NCBI GenBank assembly: GCA_965214705.1
Contig: CBDCCI010000002.1
Coordinates: forward strand, 896,001-960,000
Direction of reading: 5' to 3'
From: Alphaproteobacteria bacterium
Lineage (GTDB): Bacteria > Pseudomonadota > Alphaproteobacteria > UBA828
DNA: 64,000 nucleotides
The position numbers were made by a program, and so were the translations under genes. Positions within the stretch are counted from its first letter, which is position 1; each line of letters opens with the position of its first letter. Shown piece by piece: positions 60,634 through 64,000 of this stretch. Under the pieces are notes generated by a model. It saw only the letters and a program-made list of their open reading frames with translations. It had not been told where the DNA came from and searched no databases.

Positions 60634-61647
60634 CTATCTAACTCCGAAGTGCAGAGCGGCGCGGCTGGGAACCGCGATCCCTTCTCGTTTTGCCATGGAG
60701 AGGACAATTCTTGCGCATAATTTGACCGCATTTTGCCCGAGCTCGTGCAATTCAGACTCCTCCAAGTGGACACCCCGGTGCTCGCTTCCTGTTCGTGAAC
60801 GGTCGTGGAACAGTCGGCTGCGTCTTGCGTACAGATCTTCCCATTCTCCCCACACGTCCGACAGATCATTTTCGGCGAGCAGTCTCCTTATCCTTTGGCG
60901 AATGCTCTCCTGCCTCACCTGACGAATTGCTTTAATGACTTGTGCGGCGTCTCCTAACTCACCGTGAGACCGCTCAACCCACGCTGCCGCGCCCTCGATG
61001 AGTTTCTGTTGCCTGTCAGACCATGGGGGATCATTCGCCAAGCCTTCGATCGTAGAGACCGCCAGCACCACTTTGGCGATCGGCTCCTGGTTCATCTCAG
61101 CGAGATTCATCACGCGAATGGCCCGCCGGATCGACGGTGATCCGTTGCGGGTCACTTTGCCTTGCGGCATTGTTTCCTCGAGAGCTTCGATGAAATCGCC
61201 CGCGTTCGGCCGCGCCCGCCCGCTCGCGCGCGCACGAAAGAACACTGTGTTCTCGTCGTCCGGCAGGACCACGATCCCGTGCACATCGGGACCGAGGCGC
61301 ATATCGGGATTCAGGCGTCGGCCGCTGCTGAGGATATCTGGGTTGAACCATGACTTCGTGCGGTCGTCCCCGGGGTCGCCTGCGTCCACGCCGACCTTGG
61401 CGCACAGCCCAGCCAGGTGCGCTGCCCGTCGTAGTTCTTCACCAAACCCCCTTGCCTGATCCTCGGATTCGAAACCCCGACACCCCATGATCAACCAAGA
61501 TGCATCCCGCAACGGCTGCGACTGTTTTTCTGGCTCGATTGTGATCGTCCTGCCGGCGAGAGACGCCTCTAAGGCACTCTCTGTCGTTGCCAGCAACTTA
61601 CCGACCTGGAACTTCAGCCACAGGCGATATTCGGTTGCCTCTGCCAC
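60634..61647 (-). CDS. Putative HEPN-domain protein (ApeA-like architecture)
   Basis: Lower-GC ORF with C-terminal helical region, AVSTIEGLA and the R-x4-H motif LYARRSRLFH. Start inferred from a G-rich RBS near 61656-61660. Confidence 0.55.
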   Translation of the reverse strand: MAEATEYRLWLKFQVGKLLATTESALEASLAGRTITIEPEKQSQPLRDASWLIMGCRGFESEDQARGFGEELRRAAHLAGLCAKVGVDAGDPGDDRTKSWFNPDILSSGRRLNPDMRLGPDVHGIVVLPDDENTVFFRARASGRARPNAGDFIEALEETMPQGKVTRNGSPSIRRAIRVMNLAEMNQEPIAKVVLAVSTIEGLANDPPWSDRQQKLIEGAAAWVERSHGELGDAAQVIKAIRQVRQESIRQRIRRLLAENDLSDVWGEWEDLYARRSRLFHDRSRTGSEHRGVHLEESELHELGQNAVKLCARIVLSMAKREGIAVPSRAALHFGVR

Positions 61648-61955
61648 CAAAAAATCCCCCTGAGCAGTCGACTCTGGAACGCAGCACTTTCTGCGGTATC
61701 TCATGTCCACGTCAGCGTATCCATTCCTGAACACAGTGTTTCGTTGCACTCTGCCGCCTGCGCTCCTTGAGATCTGCGCGTGACCCGACGTATCCACCTC
61801 CTGACGGAACGGATTGACGCTTTGCGCGCCCGCCGATTGTCGCCACGGTTGAAGGTGGCTACCATCGTCGGCGTTGCGCTGGGCAAGGAGGCCGGCGCCC
61901 GGCCGCGCCGCGTCCGGCACGGACGGCAGGATGCACCGACACAGGGAGGCTATCG

Positions 61956-63197
61956 ATGAGCAAAGTGAATCGTCGCACGTTCCTGAAGGCGGCCGGAATC
62001 GGTGGCGCAGCAATAGCTGCAGCGCCGACCGTGATCGTGAAGCCCGCGCGCGCCGACACCATCAGGGTCGGCGGGCTGCACGACCGCACCGGCGTGATCG
62101 GCATCTACGGCAACGAGATGGCCGACGCGCTCGTGTTCGCGGTGGAAGAGATCAACGCGGCCGGCGGCGTGCTGGGCCAGCAGCTCGAACTCATCGAGTA
62201 CGACGCCCAGTCGACCATGGCCAACTACTCGCAGTATGCGCAGCGGCTGGCGACGAGCGACCAGGTCGACGTCGTCTTCGGCGGCATCACCAGCGCGTCG
62301 CGCGAGTCGATCCGCCCGGTCTTCGACCGCTTCCGCAAGCTCTACTTCTACAGCACCTTCTACGAGGGCGGCGTCTGCGACCGCACAGTATTCTGCAACG
62401 CCGAGACGCCGGCGCAGATCAACGGCCCGCTGCTCAAGTACGCGATGGATAAGTTCGGCGCGAAGACCGTCTACACCATCGCCGCCGACTATATCTACGG
62501 GCAGATCACCGCCGACTGGATCAAGAAGTACGCCAAGGATTTTGGGGGCGAGGTGATTGCCGAAGAGTTCTTCCCGCTCGATGTCGGCGACTTCGCATCG
62601 ACCATCACCAAGATCCAGCAGGCCGATCCCGACCTGGTGGTCTCGGCGCTCGTGGGCGGCAACCACATCGGCTTCTACCGGCAGTGGCCGGCGGCGGGGA
62701 TGCAGGACAAGATCCCGGTGGCATCCACCGTGTTCGGGCCGTGGGAGAACGCCTTCGTCTCGGCCGCTGAGTCCGAGGGCATCATGTGCTCCTACCACTA
62801 CTTCCAGAGCATCGACTCGCCGGCCAACGCGGCCTTCCTGGAGAAGTGGCGCGGCCGCTACGGCGAAGATGCCCAGGAGATCGGCACCCTCGCCATCTGC
62901 ACCTACAACTCGGTCAACATGTGGAAGAAGGCGGTCGAGCAGGCCGAAACCATCGACCGCATGGCGGTGATCGAGGCGCTGGAGACCGGGATCTCGGTCG
63001 AGGGGCCGGGCGGCACGGTGACGATGGATCCGCCGACCCACCACACCATCATGAGCGCGGCGATTGCCGAGCTCAATGGCGGCCAATTCAACATCGTCGA
63101 GGTGGCCGAGAACCGGACGCCGGACGATACCGCCACGGTCTGCGACCTGATCGCCAATCCGAATCAGGCGACCCAGTACCGGATCGAGGTCGACTGA
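61956..63197 (+). CDS. Urea/amide ABC substrate-binding protein (UrtA/AmiC-like), Tat signal
   Basis: NRRTFLK, EEINAAGGVLG, GGITSASRESIRP, YEGG. Confidence 0.9.
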   Translation: MSKVNRRTFLKAAGIGGAAIAAAPTVIVKPARADTIRVGGLHDRTGVIGIYGNEMADALVFAVEEINAAGGVLGQQLELIEYDAQSTMANYSQYAQRLATSDQVDVVFGGITSASRESIRPVFDRFRKLYFYSTFYEGGVCDRTVFCNAETPAQINGPLLKYAMDKFGAKTVYTIAADYIYGQITADWIKKYAKDFGGEVIAEEFFPLDVGDFASTITKIQQADPDLVVSALVGGNHIGFYRQWPAAGMQDKIPVASTVFGPWENAFVSAAESEGIMCSYHYFQSIDSPANAAFLEKWRGRYGEDAQEIGTLAICTYNSVNMWKKAVEQAETIDRMAVIEALETGISVEGPGGTVTMDPPTHHTIMSAAIAELNGGQFNIVEVAENRTPDDTATVCDLIANPNQATQYRIEVD

Positions 63198-63223
63198 CCT
63201 CTTTCTAGTCGTCGTTACCGATC

Positions 63224-64000
63224 ATGGACCTCGCCGGCATCATCGCCGTCCAGATCGGCTACACCGTGGCCAGCCTCGCGCTCATCAGCGCGGGGCTGGC
63301 TGTCATTTTCGGCATGATGCGGGTCATCAACCTGGCCCACGGCGAGTTCCTGATGCTGGGCGCCTACGCGGTCGTGGTCTCGACCAAGGCCGGCATCAAC
63401 TTCTGGGTCTCGATGCTGGTGATCGCGCCGCTCTTCGTCGGCATCGTCGGCGTCATCGTCGAGCGCTTCGTCGTCCGCTTCCTCTACGGCCGCATGATGG
63501 ACACCCTGATTGCGACCTGGGGGCTCTCGCTGCTCTTTATCGGCATCATCACGACCATCTTCGGCAATGCGACCGAGAGCGTGGTCTCGCCGCTCGGCAG
63601 CTTCGAGATTGGCGAGTTCGTCGAGAGCCAGTACCGGCTGTTCATTATCTTCCTCGGCGTGCTCGTGATCGCGGTGATCTTCGTCGTGCTGCGCTATTCG
63701 CGCGCAGGCCTCATCGCCCGCGGCACCATGCAAAACGCCGACATGGCGGCCGTGCTCGGCATCAGTCCGCAGCATGTCTACACCATCACCTTCGGTGTGG
63801 GCGCCGCGCTCACCGGGCTCGCGGGCGCAGCACTCGCGCCGGTGACCGGCCTGCTGCCCACAATGGGCGCGGCCTTCATCGCCAAGGCCTTCATCACCGT
63901 GATCGGGGGCGGCGAGGCCATCGTGACCGGCACCTCGTCCGCGTCGGCGTTCTTCGGCACCGTGAACCAGGTCACCACCTTCCTCTGGACGCCGGTGATG
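63224..64000 (+). CDS. Urea/branched-chain ABC permease (UrtB/LivH-like), truncated at window end
   Basis: Read from the sequence: GLAVIFGMMRVINLAHGEFLMLGAY, TLIATWGLSL. Absent from the ORF track because it has no stop in the window. Confidence 0.88.
   Translation, partial: MDLAGIIAVQIGYTVASLALISAGLAVIFGMMRVINLAHGEFLMLGAYAVVVSTKAGINFWVSMLVIAPLFVGIVGVIVERFVVRFLYGRMMDTLIATWGLSLLFIGIITTIFGNATESVVSPLGSFEIGEFVESQYRLFIIFLGVLVIAVIFVVLRYSRAGLIARGTMQNADMAAVLGISPQHVYTITFGVGAALTGLAGAALAPVTGLLPTMGAAFIAKAFITVIGGGEAIVTGTSSASAFFGTVNQVTTFLWTPVM

Overview
High-GC alphaproteobacterial chromosome segment, probably Rhodospirillales-like and possibly a sponge symbiont (inferred from the sup-type PKS locus). The left half holds a sup-type locus: an NCS2 permease, an iterative PKS (KS-AT-DH-MT-ER-KR-ACP-KS-AT0), an alpha/beta hydrolase, a free ACP and a PPTase. 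The PKS gene is cut into three pieces by two insertions. One is a 2,160-bp IS1634-family element (17-bp IRs, GGAA duplication). The other is a 13,915-bp integrative mobilizable element inserted into the ACP-coding motif TLVFDYP and flanked by the 11-bp direct repeat CACGCTGGTGT. Removing both restores one open frame of 3,445 codons. The element carries two tandem intact tyrosine integrases, three ribbon-helix-helix genes, a MOBF/TrwC relaxase-helicase with a repetitive C-terminal tail, and lower-GC cargo that includes a Brig1-like anti-phage DNA glycosylase and an RlmJ-like methyltransferase with an in-frame stop. The right half is mostly core genome: ffh-rpsP-rimM-trmD-rplS-leuC-leuD, a liv-type ABC transporter, folD, argG, glnB-glnA, tRNA-Arg(UCU) and a urea-type ABC transporter. 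Small accessory inserts sit between these genes: an NYN nuclease behind a terminated ~70-nt structured leader, an Xre-RES toxin-antitoxin pair, an IS5-type MITE with an orphan higA, and a HEPN-motif protein. All family assignments come from motif recognition by eye; no database search was run.
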